Positions 1-8,919 of a stretch of 64,000 bases of DNA are shown here, piece by piece. The DNA lies in the IMG/VR virus record IMGVR_UViG_2814123268_000002, positions 1 through 64,000 of that record; one strand, 5' to 3'. The DNA is from a virus (Duplodnaviria > Caudoviricetes). How positions within the stretch are numbered: the first letter of the stretch is position 1; every line of letters begins with the position of its first letter. A program made the position numbers and the translations under genes. The notes under the pieces are model-generated. The model had not been told where the DNA came from. It made no database searches and saw only the letters and a program-made list of their open reading frames with translations.

Positions 1-1026
1 TTAAACGTTTATCACTGCTGCACAGTACTCCTGGTCTTTTGACAATAGTGCCCACACAATCCGCGCATTCTTATTAGCCAATGCTACTGAGGCAATGTTG
101 TTATTTCGGCGTGCCAGTAGCCGACTGGCCCATCCCGATACAGCATCCTGTTTACGTTTGACCGACTGCAACACAGCCCTGGCTCCGTGAATAAGTAAGG
201 TTCGTAAATAAACATCACCTCGTTTGCTTATCCCGAGCAAGACTTGTTTGCCACCACTTGAATGCTGACGTGGAACCAGTCCTAACCAGGCAGCCAACTG
301 TCGGCTATTTTCGAAATTGCTGGCGTTGCCGATAGTCGCAATGAGTGCGGTGGCGGTGACTGGGCCAATGCCTGGGATCTTGCTGATACGCTGACATAGC
401 GCATTTTGGCGGTAGCACTGCTCAATCTGCTTGTCGAGCGTAGCGATGACATCGAACAGATATGTCATATGGTGCTGTAACAGACTCAGTTGTACACGAA
501 ATAGAGATGGTAATGAGTTATTGGCATCTTCCAGGATCTCAGGTAACTGTAGTTGTAACTGCTGGATCCCCCGGGATACAACGATGCCAAATTCAGCCAA
601 TAGCCCCCGAATTTGATTCGCCTGAGCGGTCCGTTGTTTGATGAAACTCTGACGACTCCGGTGAAGTGCCAATACGGCTTGTTGCTCAGGAGTCTTGACT
701 GGCACGAACCGCATGTTAGGTCGAGTGACGGCTTCGCAGATAGCCTCTGCGTCTGCAGCATCATGCTTATTGGTTTTGACATAGGGCTTGACGAACTGAG
801 GGGCCATCAGCTTGACGTTATGGCCCATCGATATGAGTTTGCCGGCCCAAAAGTGGGCAGAAGCACAGGCTTCCATGCCGATCAAACATGGAGGGATGTT
901 GGCAAAAAAGGAAAGCATTTTTGCTCGCTTGAGTTGCTTGTTGAACAAGCGCTTGCCGTGTTCGTCAGTTCCGTGGATCTGAAAAACCTCTTTTGCCAAA
1001 TCGATGCCGATAGTCTTAACACTCAT
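1..1026 (-). CDS. IS110-family transposase (IS1111-like)
   Basis: N-terminal GIDLAK DEDD motif, MEAC, KHDAADA, C-terminal IPGIGPVTA and GLVPRQHSSGG; likely start MSVKT at 1026. Confidence 0.95.
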   Translation of the reverse strand: MSVKTIGIDLAKEVFQIHGTDEHGKRLFNKQLKRAKMLSFFANIPPCLIGMEACASAHFWAGKLISMGHNVKLMAPQFVKPYVKTNKHDAADAEAICEAVTRPNMRFVPVKTPEQQAVLALHRSRQSFIKQRTAQANQIRGLLAEFGIVVSRGIQQLQLQLPEILEDANNSLPSLFRVQLSLLQHHMTYLFDVIATLDKQIEQCYRQNALCQRISKIPGIGPVTATALIATIGNASNFENSRQLAAWLGLVPRQHSSGGKQVLLGISKRGDVYLRTLLIHGARAVLQSVKRKQDAVSGWASRLLARRNNNIASVALANKNARIVWALLSKDQEYCAAVINV

Positions 1027-1110
1027 GATGGCCGCTCCGCTCAAGTAGTGACGATTTATCGTCCCACTGTGGCACAAGATGTAGGGGGCGACCATTCCAT
1101 TAACAAAGCC
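1..1110 (-). mobile_element. IS110-family insertion sequence (other end outside window)
   Basis: Transposase plus short non-coding end; junction with helicase reading frame near 1110 (approximate). Confidence 0.8.
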
Positions 1111-1111
1111 A

Positions 1112-2488
1112 CCCCGCCCATATCAAGACCTGATCATCAACCACGAAATCGACGCTCTGCGCTGCAACATCTGGGCTGGCATGGGCATGGGTAAAACCGT
1201 AGCGACACTCACCACGCTGGAAGATCTCTTCATGGCGGGCGTAGAGACACAACCCGCGCTGGTACTTGCGCCACTGCGCGTGGCGGCCAGCACTTGGCCT
1301 GATGAAGCGGTCAAATGGGGGCATCTGCGCAATATCGAGATGCAGCCGATTGTCGGTAACGCCAAAGCACGCGCTGCGGCGCTGGCGAACAGCAACGCGA
1401 GCGTGTTCACCATCAACTACGACAATCTGGTCTGGCTGGTGGAAGAGGTGGGCGGCCGCTGGCCGTTCGGTACTGTCATCCCGGACGAAAGCACTAGGCT
1501 GAAATCCTTCCGGCTGCGCGGGGGCGGCAAGCGCGCGGCGGCCCTAGGCAAGGTGGCACATAAGCACGTCCGGCGCTGGATGAATCTCACCGGTACGCCA
1601 GCGCCGAACGGCCTGGTGGACCTCTGGGGGCAGGCGTGGTTTGTGGATCAGGGGCAGCGCCTCGGGCGCACCTACGGCGCGTTTACTTCCCGCTGGTTCA
1701 ACTCAATACAGTTTCCGGGGCAGAGCTGGACGAAGCTCGAGCCGTTCGCCCATTCGCAGGATGAAATACAGCGGGCACTGGCCGATGTGACTATCTCACT
1801 GGACGCCGCTGACTGGTTCGACATCAAAGAGCCCATCCATAACGTGATCCGTGTGGACATGCCGCCGAAAGCTCGCCAGCAGTATCGCGAGATGGAAAAG
1901 GAAATGTTCCTTGAGCTGAACGGCGAAGGTATCGAAGCGCCAAACGCCGCGGCAAAAACGGTGAAGTGCCTGCAGATCGCCAGCGGCGCGGTATACACCG
2001 ACGATACCGGAAGCTGGTCAGAACTGCACGATGCAAAGCTGCAGGCGCTGGACAGCATCCTCACCGAAGCAGCTGGCGCGCCGGTGCTGGTGGCCTATCA
2101 CTGGAAACACGACCTTGAGCGTCTACTTAAAGCATTTCCTCGCGGTCGCCATCTTGACCAGGATCCGCAAACGCTGCGCGACTGGAATGCCGGAAAGATA
2201 CCTGTTTTGTTCGCACATCCGGCCAGCGCGGGCCACGGCCTGAACATGCAGGACGGCGGCAACATACTGGTGTTTTTCTCACACTGGTGGGATCTGGAGC
2301 AGTACCAGCAAATTATCGAACGCATCGGGCCAACCCGGCAGATTCAGGCCGGACACAACCGCCCGGTGTTCATTCACCACATTATCGCCGCCGACACTAT
2401 GGACGAAATGGTGATGGAGCGGCGCAACTCAAAACGAACAGTGCAGGATCTCCTGCTCGATGCCATGAAAAAGAGAGGTATAGCATGA
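1112..2488 (+). pseudogene. Phage SNF2-like helicase, start codon removed by IS110 insertion
   Basis: Frame reads PRPYQ (Q motif, 1112) ...WAGMGMGKT (Walker A), DEST, LTGTP, GHGLN, QIIERIG; no start codon upstream of PRPYQ before the in-frame TAG at 1082. Confidence 0.8.
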
Positions 2489-2751
2489 CACCACATACAT
2501 CTCCCACCACCGGAAATGACATCATTTCCGACCCTGATATCGAGATACTAACCGGGTATAAAATTCCATCCAAACAATGCAAGACCCTGCGTGAGGCCGG
2601 CATTTTCTTCATTACCCGGCGAGATGGCCGCCCACGAACCACCTGGGCGCACTTCAATAACCCACTCTCTCATCGTCAACGCATGCAGGATACCAACCCA
2701 ACGCCAACGCCAACGCCAACGCCAGAGCCTGATTTTGGAGCGCTTGACTGA
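2485..2751 (+). CDS. DUF4224-like / excisionase-like protein
   Basis: LTGYKIPSKQC...L...GIFF..RRDGRPRTTW...PDFGAL pattern, directly upstream of and overlapping the integrase start; contains (ccaacg)n encoding Pro-Thr repeats. Confidence 0.75.
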   Translation: MTPHTSPTTGNDIISDPDIEILTGYKIPSKQCKTLREAGIFFITRRDGRPRTTWAHFNNPLSHRQRMQDTNPTPTPTPTPEPDFGALD

Positions 2752-3761
2752 TGCCCAGGATAAGAAAAAACAAAGATGATGCCTGGATGCCGCCCCGGGT
2801 ATATATGGGGCGATCCGCCTATGAGTTTCATCCAATAAATGGTGGAAATATCCGCTTATGCGATAAAACGGCAACACAGGCCCAGGTATGGGCTGCATGG
2901 GAAGCATTGATTAACGAGAGACCAGACACCACTACACTGGCTGGACTGGTTGAACGCTTTCTCAAATCAGCCGACTTCTTTGGATTAGCTGTAGAAACAC
3001 AGAAGGACTATCACAAGTATTCACAGAAAATACTGTCCGTATTCGGGAAAATGCCGCCCGATGCCATCAGGCCTGAGCATGTTCGACGCTATATGGATAA
3101 GCGAGGGTTGAGGAGTCACACCCAGGCAAACCGCGAAAAATCCTTTATGTCACGGGTCTATCGCTGGGCCTATGAAAGAGGCTATGTAAAAGGTAACCCG
3201 ACGAAGGGCGTCAGACAATTTAAAGAGCCTGGCCGCGATCGCTACATCACGCACCAAGAGTACCTGGCACTATACGGCGTCACTTCAGATGTAGTGAGAG
3301 TCGCGATGGAGCTGGCCTATCTATGCTGTGCCCGGCAAAAGGATGTACTGAACATGATGAAAAGCCAATTTTTGCCAGAGGGTATCCTAATCAAGCAGAG
3401 CAAGACTGCCGTAGGACAAATCAAAGCCTGGAGCCCACGCCTACGTGAGGCAATAAAATTGGCTTCTACCCTCCCCTTAGACTCAGGTAGAAGCACACTT
3501 TACGTCATCCACCAGCGCTCTGGTGACAAGTACAGCCGGCACGGTTTCAACAGCCGTTGGCGTCAGGCAAAGAAAGCAGCCAAAAAGCGATATCCCGAGC
3601 TGGACTTCAACTTCACCTTTCACGATCTGAAAGCTAAGGGGATCTCTGATCTGAAGGGGAACATCTACGAGAAGCAGGCCATTTCTGGCCACAAGAACGT
3701 GGAGCAAACAGCTCGTTATAACCGAAAGATCCCGATTGTTCCTACGGTGGATGGGCAGTGA
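2751..3761 (+). CDS. int: Tyrosine recombinase/integrase of prophage 1
   Basis: CARQKD, FHDLKAK, SGHK, TARY catalytic motifs; adjacent to tRNA-Leu-derived att. Confidence 0.92.
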   Translation: MPRIRKNKDDAWMPPRVYMGRSAYEFHPINGGNIRLCDKTATQAQVWAAWEALINERPDTTTLAGLVERFLKSADFFGLAVETQKDYHKYSQKILSVFGKMPPDAIRPEHVRRYMDKRGLRSHTQANREKSFMSRVYRWAYERGYVKGNPTKGVRQFKEPGRDRYITHQEYLALYGVTSDVVRVAMELAYLCCARQKDVLNMMKSQFLPEGILIKQSKTAVGQIKAWSPRLREAIKLASTLPLDSGRSTLYVIHQRSGDKYSRHGFNSRWRQAKKAAKKRYPELDFNFTFHDLKAKGISDLKGNIYEKQAISGHKNVEQTARYNRKIPIVPTVDGQ

Positions 3762-3804
3762 TGGGAAGGATAATATTATGAAAACATATTATGAAAGGGG
3801 GATG

Positions 3805-3932
3805 AAGACACAAAAAAACCACCTTGCGGTGGCTTAATAACAAAATATATCTTTTTGATTTTTATACCATTTTGTCATGGTGCCCGGAGCGGGACTTGAA
3901 CCCGCACAGCGCGAACGCCGAGGGATTTTAAA
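3805..3932. repeat. att direct repeat (3' half of tRNA-Leu plus downstream terminator), left copy
   Basis: Matches 37750..37877 with one mismatch (caaaatatat vs caaaacatat). Confidence 0.95.
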
Positions 3933-4015
3933 AACTAAATCGACCTTTTAAAAATCATAAGAATATGATTTTAAATATATTTAATTGGCGTGAAACGGGG
4001 CAAATCGATTCTCTA

Positions 4016-5053
4016 TCAAATTCTGCTGCCATTTTTGCCACCGCATTTTTTCAGCGTATCAAGGTTATCAAATGGGTTCAGAGCCAGCGCCGCATCCAAA
4101 TGATCGGGCGCAAAGTGTGCATAGCGCATCGTCATCGTGATCGTGCTATGGCCCAATATCTGCTGCAATACCAGAATATTGCCGCCCTGCATCATAAAAT
4201 GGCTGGCAAAGGTGTGGCGCAATACGTGGGTACGCTGTCCTTTCGGCAGGTGAAGCCCTGCCCGTGCCAGTGCAGCCTTGAAAGCTTCATAGCAGGGGGT
4301 AAACAACCTTCCCTGCTTTGTAGGCAGCAGGGCCTGCAATCGTTCGGAGATGGGTACAGTGCGGTTCTTTTTGCTCTTGGTATGGGTAAAGGTCAATCGT
4401 CCAGGCAACACCTGCGATTGGCGCAACGACTGCACCTCGCTCCAGCGCGCTCCGGTAGCCAGACATACCCGCACGATACCCCCCAAATCAGCCTTACTCG
4501 ATGCATCGCAGGCCGCCAGCAGGCGCGTAATCTCATCGGCATATAAAAAAGCCAGCTCTTGATCCCCTTCGCGAAACTGGCGAATGCCATCGAGAGGGTT
4601 ACCCCCTTCCCACTCACCGAGCCTGCGCAGTTCCGCAAATACCGCATGCAGATAAGCCTGTTCACGGTTAACCGTGGCCTCCTGCAGGCGCTTTTTCCCC
4701 TTGGGATTCCACTCTCCATTCAGCCGCCGCTCCCGATAACGGGCAAACATACCCTTATCAAAATCACCGGCCAATGGATCGCCAAGCCGCCGACAAATTG
4801 CATCCAATTTTCCCTTACGCCCAGCGCCTGATGACAGCATCCGTCCATGTAACTCATACCAACGCAGAATCAAATCCGATAGATGAGTTGCTGACTCACC
4901 CATATCTAAACTCACTCCCCGCGGATTCATCCTACGCTCAAAAGCAAGGGCCTCTCCCCTGGTCGTAAATTGCCGGCGGATACGCTGGCCATCCCGCCCA
5001 TAAGGGAAACATTGGCAAAGCCATTTTCCTGACGCCAATCTGCGGATTGTCAT
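4016..5053 (-). CDS. int: P2/HP1-type integrase
   Basis: TGARWSE, HVLRHTFASHF, LGHS, TMRYAH; start MTIRRL at 5053. Confidence 0.95.
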   Translation of the reverse strand: MTIRRLASGKWLCQCFPYGRDGQRIRRQFTTRGEALAFERRMNPRGVSLDMGESATHLSDLILRWYELHGRMLSSGAGRKGKLDAICRRLGDPLAGDFDKGMFARYRERRLNGEWNPKGKKRLQEATVNREQAYLHAVFAELRRLGEWEGGNPLDGIRQFREGDQELAFLYADEITRLLAACDASSKADLGGIVRVCLATGARWSEVQSLRQSQVLPGRLTFTHTKSKKNRTVPISERLQALLPTKQGRLFTPCYEAFKAALARAGLHLPKGQRTHVLRHTFASHFMMQGGNILVLQQILGHSTITMTMRYAHFAPDHLDAALALNPFDNLDTLKKCGGKNGSRI

Positions 5054-5090
5054 ATGCCACCACACTTCAAAAATCCATTTATGAAAACCA

Positions 5091-5684
5091 TTACCACCAT
5101 AGCCCCAGCAGAACACCCGCCATAAACAGCACGCTGCACAGCAACGGGGCACGATAGCGCGGCCAGAAGGGAGACGTTAACGCAGGTATATCGTCACCGC
5201 CCCTCTCCTCCAACCAAGCCAGCGCCTGGCGCAACTGGCTGCGGCTAAGTTCATGCAGATAGCCCGAACCAAACTGAATATGGCAATAGCGTTGCAACTG
5301 TCGGCGCCGGATCGATGTCGTAGCTCCCGTTTGCAATAAGCGAATAAGCGCCTTATCTGCGCTCTTGGCCCTGGCTTGCTTCAGCAATATATGCAAGTAA
5401 CCCCGTGCTGCCGGGTAATGACTTACCGTCAGCTCATCCAGCCCATTAACGCCCAGTTCCGCATAAACTTTTTGCCAGATGGTCATCCCCATATCATCGC
5501 CACAATCTGTAATCTGCTGCACCAGCTGATTCAGGCGCATACGCTGAGCGGGTACCAATGGGCGCAGATCTGACTGTGGCGCAGACAGAGTAATGTTGAC
5601 CCAATAGCGGCCGATATAGACGCTGCGCTCATAAAAATCACGCCCTCCCACCCGATTGCGCCGCCCTCTTGCCTCCGTGCCCAT
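5091..5684 (-). CDS. Flk-like membrane-anchored protein with N-terminal RVGGRDFYE motif
   Basis: LVPAQR..LN.L...IWQKVYAELGV segment resembles Flk-like phage proteins; C-terminal hydrophobic helix; RBS GGAG before ATG 5684. Confidence 0.6.
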   Translation of the reverse strand: MGTEARGRRNRVGGRDFYERSVYIGRYWVNITLSAPQSDLRPLVPAQRMRLNQLVQQITDCGDDMGMTIWQKVYAELGVNGLDELTVSHYPAARGYLHILLKQARAKSADKALIRLLQTGATTSIRRRQLQRYCHIQFGSGYLHELSRSQLRQALAWLEERGGDDIPALTSPFWPRYRAPLLCSVLFMAGVLLGLWW

Positions 5685-6050
5685 AGTATTCTCCAGACTT
5701 ATTACCCCATTTCTGACATCGGCATATATAACCGGAATATATTGCCACTGCAGCAGTGTCACAAATAAAAGCATGACACAAGCGATAAAGTGACTCTTCC
5801 GCTATTTTTAGTATAATTAAGTGGAGCGCCGTATTTTATAATGAATAATACTTATCCAGCCACAGGCAATATAAATAAAATATCCACATGGAGTTAATAT
5901 TTTACATACAAAATAAAAATACTATTAGACACAGAGTCATGGGTATCTGCACAGGGAAGCACAGCCCCACGAAATGCGCGCAAAAAACACGCTCCCCATC
6001 ATTTGAATCATTAGGTAGAACATTATCAAACCAAGGAGTTATCCTATCAC

Positions 6051-6152
6051 ATGGATAGCTTTGCGGAGAGCAGCCGCCAAATCACAGGGTTGCCACCGTT
6101 GCTCCGTCTCTCAGAGAGAGCTTACGAACATATAGACACGCTATATCAATAA
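6051..6152 (+). pseudogene. RnlA/LsoA toxin C-terminal remnant (33-codon ORF)
   Basis: YHMDSFAESSRQITGLPPLLRLSERAYEHIDTLYQ aligns by eye with the recalled E. coli RnlA C-terminus FHMETVVDASRMISDMARLMGKATRAWGIIKDLYIV; stop is 1 nt before the rnlB-like ATG. Confidence 0.65.
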
Positions 6153-6153
6153 A

Positions 6154-6510
6154 ATGTTTAAATTCAGAGCGGGATCTGACATGACCTACCCCATGCTTGT
6201 CGTAGCAACCAGCTACGAGAGCCCTTTGTCATGTCTGGGCTCCATTGCCCAACATCTCAGGGACGAAGCATTTGAAGGCAGCGTTCTGTTCGACTTGCTC
6301 TGTACCAACGGATTAGAGGGCAACCGCTTCGTTGCCCTGTACTTTGATGGCATGGACTTTGTCCGCAACACCTTCCGTCTGGTTGATAAAGCCGACTTAT
6401 CACCCGATCTTCTGCATACGCAGGATAAATTCTTTGCCGAGCATCCAGCTATTCTGCAAATGTCACTCCTGAACCAGAATGAAGTGCAGGCCTTTACCGC
6501 CAGACATTGA
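6154..6510 (+). CDS. rnlB: RnlB/LsoB-family antitoxin
   Basis: VVATSYESPLS...G.VLFDLLCTNG.EGNRFV...HP.IL..S.L matches recalled RnlB (VVMATGFENPLS...GEILFDLLCANGPEWNRFV). Confidence 0.85.
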   Translation: MFKFRAGSDMTYPMLVVATSYESPLSCLGSIAQHLRDEAFEGSVLFDLLCTNGLEGNRFVALYFDGMDFVRNTFRLVDKADLSPDLLHTQDKFFAEHPAILQMSLLNQNEVQAFTARH

Positions 6511-6550
6511 TCCCGGGAACCGGAGCCATCCGGTTCTTGCCCCGCTGTTT

Positions 6551-6940
6551 TCACTCCTTATGCTCATGGTAGTCACGGCCTGCGATACGCTGATCGCTGC
6601 CACCGCTCACGGTGACTGAGCTGGCCACTGCACTGCCGGCGGCCAGGGCCGCAAGAGCCGCCGCCTTTACCGCTGGCGGTGCCGCACGATAAAGTTTGAT
6701 GAACTCCAATTCATCGGTACTGACATCTCCTATATCCGGCGTTCTGCGCCCGGTTAATATATATAAAACATCAACTCCAGTCCCCGCCAACGCTGATAAG
6801 TACCCACCACCAGGGATCTTTTCATCTCGCTCATAGGCAGCCTGTGAGCCACGAGAACCTTTAGCTAGCGCAGCAAAATCAGTCTGATTTAATCCTTTGC
6901 AAGTGCGCTCCTCTCTCAACCTAGATCCCAAAGTGGACAT
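6551..6940 (-). CDS. XRE/CI-like prophage repressor with C-terminal RIAGRDYHE tail
   Basis: LGSRLREER..GLNQTDFA..YER..P..YL...GVDVLYILTG HTH; divergent from early operon; no S24 peptidase domain. Confidence 0.85.
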   Translation of the reverse strand: MSTLGSRLREERTCKGLNQTDFAALAKGSRGSQAAYERDEKIPGGGYLSALAGTGVDVLYILTGRRTPDIGDVSTDELEFIKLYRAAPPAVKAAALAALAAGSAVASSVTVSGGSDQRIAGRDYHEHKE

Positions 6941-7024
6941 TTTTCATAATTCTCTAGTTGACTTGACAATGATAGTGATCAAGGATGCTTTTAACAGACA
7001 TCCAACCAAGGACACTATACCACT

Positions 7025-7216
7025 ATGGAACAGACCAACCAGCCACCCCGCGCACGGCAGCAAAAGGGCATTGGATCCGGTGGACGCATTGCCATGTACC
7101 TCAGCGACGCAGAACGCCGCCACTTAATCCAGCTGGCAGAACAGGAATGCCGCTCAGCCGCCAGTATGGCAAGGCTGATCTACCTGCGGGGGCTACGGGC
7201 CGTTACCGAAAGCTAA
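7025..7216 (+). CDS. Small ribbon-helix-helix-like regulator
   Basis: IAMYLSDAERRHLIQLAEQECRSAASMAR pattern; first gene of the early operon. Confidence 0.6.
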   Translation: MEQTNQPPRARQQKGIGSGGRIAMYLSDAERRHLIQLAEQECRSAASMARLIYLRGLRAVTES

Positions 7217-7228
7217 AGGAGCACAACG

Positions 7229-7438
7229 ATGGGGAACATCACTATTAACGTCACCGTCAGCGCGCCATACGTCTCGATCAATGAATATGCGCGCCTCTCC
7301 GGTATTCCTGTCGCGACCTGCCGGGGCATGGTTGCCGATGGCCGTATCATCATTCGCCCCAAGAGCAGTGCGCAAGAAAAAATCGAGGTCAATATGATTG
7401 CGATGCTGAAAGACGCCATCGCTAACAGCGGCCCGTAG
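7229..7438 (+). CDS. cox: Cox/Apl-like regulator/excisionase
   Basis: PYVSINEYARLSGIPVATCRGMVADGRIIIRPK winged-HTH pattern, position typical of P2-family cox; RBS AAGGAG. Confidence 0.75.
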   Translation: MGNITINVTVSAPYVSINEYARLSGIPVATCRGMVADGRIIIRPKSSAQEKIEVNMIAMLKDAIANSGP

Positions 7439-7482
7439 GCAATCGTCACCACTGCTGCCAGCAACTCACCAAGGAAGAAAAA

Positions 7483-7794
7483 ATGAAAAATATATTTATT
7501 GAGATAATAGATAAATACAGTCCTATGGGACATGCCTTCTTTAGACTTGCAGATATTTCATCTGTCAAACCGTTTAATGAATGGGGTTATTACGCCTTAA
7601 TACACACCAGATCCGGCTGTGTCGGGGAGCATGTGCCATATAAAGCGTTTGTTGATTTTCTAAAAAATACGCTTTCTAACCAAGAGCTGATGACCAATAC
7701 AGACAAGCCGGTCATCATTCCATTTATAGTTACGGCTGAAATGGCGGACCCTAAGCTTCCGCCATTAATACCTGACCCGATAAAAAAAGAGTAA
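7483..7794 (+). CDS. Hypothetical AT-rich protein
   Basis: ORF with RBS AAGGAAG. Confidence 0.55.
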   Translation: MKNIFIEIIDKYSPMGHAFFRLADISSVKPFNEWGYYALIHTRSGCVGEHVPYKAFVDFLKNTLSNQELMTNTDKPVIIPFIVTAEMADPKLPPLIPDPIKKE

Positions 7795-7812
7795 GCCAAT
7801 CTTTACCTTAGT

Positions 7813-8094
7813 CTAAGTCACGGTTCTTGAGAAACTGATAAGACGGGTGATCGTCGCCGATATCATATTTATTTGCAAAATCACGGGGAAATACATATTT
7901 GGCATTTTAATACCAGCGAAGTTCACAATCTTAATATTATAAATTGCGGAAGATAAAATGACAGCCTCAAGGTTTTTAATGGCCGAAGGCTGGGTTTCAA
8001 AGGGACCACCAGAAAGGCTGGGGACATTTGGGTGGGCTTCCCAATAAAATTTATTATCAGCCGCCTGGAACACATAAATTTTAACCTGACTCAT
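7813..8094 (-). CDS. Hypothetical AT-rich protein, antisense to early operon
   Basis: ORF with RBS GAGAGG upstream of ATG 8094. Confidence 0.55.
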   Translation of the reverse strand: MSQVKIYVFQAADNKFYWEAHPNVPSLSGGPFETQPSAIKNLEAVILSSAIYNIKIVNFAGIKMPNMYFPVILQINMISATITRLISFSRTVT

Positions 8095-8228
8095 ATTGCA
8101 CCTCTCCTTGTGGTGTTGAACGTTACGCCTGCCAACGTCTAAGCAGGACTGCAGGCCTAACGAGGCTTACCACGACGCGGCCGGGCGCGTTATATCCCGG
8201 CACCCATTCAGGATATTTAATCAGTTCG

Positions 8229-8513
8229 GTGATAAACATGAACATATGCTTTCAGAAAATAATTAATCAGCTGTTATTAACATATTCAAATAAAGAAGCA
8301 AATTTACAAAGCATCAATGCCATGAATCCAATGCTGACCCGTTACTGTCTCAATCGTCACATGACAGACCTGGCCATTGGTATTGAATTACTTGAAGGGG
8401 TTGCCCGGGCCATGGGCGATTATCGCGCTGCCGATGATATCCAAGCCCTGCTCACCGGGCTCTGTGTCAGCGATAAGCCACCACCGTTATTGACCACCGT
8501 GGAGGCGCACTGA
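8229..8513 (+). CDS. Hypothetical phage protein
   Basis: ORF in early operon. Confidence 0.5.
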   Translation: MINMNICFQKIINQLLLTYSNKEANLQSINAMNPMLTRYCLNRHMTDLAIGIELLEGVARAMGDYRAADDIQALLTGLCVSDKPPPLLTTVEAH

Positions 8514-8621
8514 ATGAACATGGTCAAAGCTTTCACCGCCTTGGTGTTTGGCATACTGCTGCTGATCTCAGCATGCGCCAGCATTTTCTTTTTATTGCTC
8601 TGTATCAGCAGCATGCAATAG
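8514..8621 (+). CDS. Small hydrophobic peptide (35 aa)
   Basis: MNMVKAFTALVFGILLLISACASIFFLLLCISSMQ; GGAGG RBS; abuts upstream stop. Confidence 0.4.
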   Translation: MNMVKAFTALVFGILLLISACASIFFLLLCISSMQ

Positions 8622-8676
8622 GCATATTGCCGCGCCATTTGCCCTGTCAACCACGACCCACGGAGGAAACACCGAT

Positions 8677-8919
8677 ATGCGGTTGATAATTCCACCTCTG
8701 TATCGCGGCGGTGAACTGGAACGCCAGGCTCGGGCAGCATTCAATCGAGTATTAACCGGCGATGACAGCCACATTCGCCGCCTTGACGTATTACCCCGGG
8801 CCCGGGTGATTAATATCACCGACCGTTATCGGCTGTTCAGCCTGGATGAAGGAAATACATGGAAGCTGCTTAAACACCCACAATACACCAGGAATATACG
8901 CAAATGGCGCACACATTGA
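8677..8919 (+). CDS. ParE/RelE-like small phage protein
   Basis: RVINITDRYRLFSLDEGNTWKLLKHPQY pattern of ParE-like phage proteins; GGAGG RBS. Confidence 0.55.
   Translation: MRLIIPPLYRGGELERQARAAFNRVLTGDDSHIRRLDVLPRARVINITDRYRLFSLDEGNTWKLLKHPQYTRNIRKWRTH

Noticed and set aside
3878-3932. Second tRNA-Leu gene
   Set aside because: Only the 3' half to the anticodon loop; it is the att duplicate
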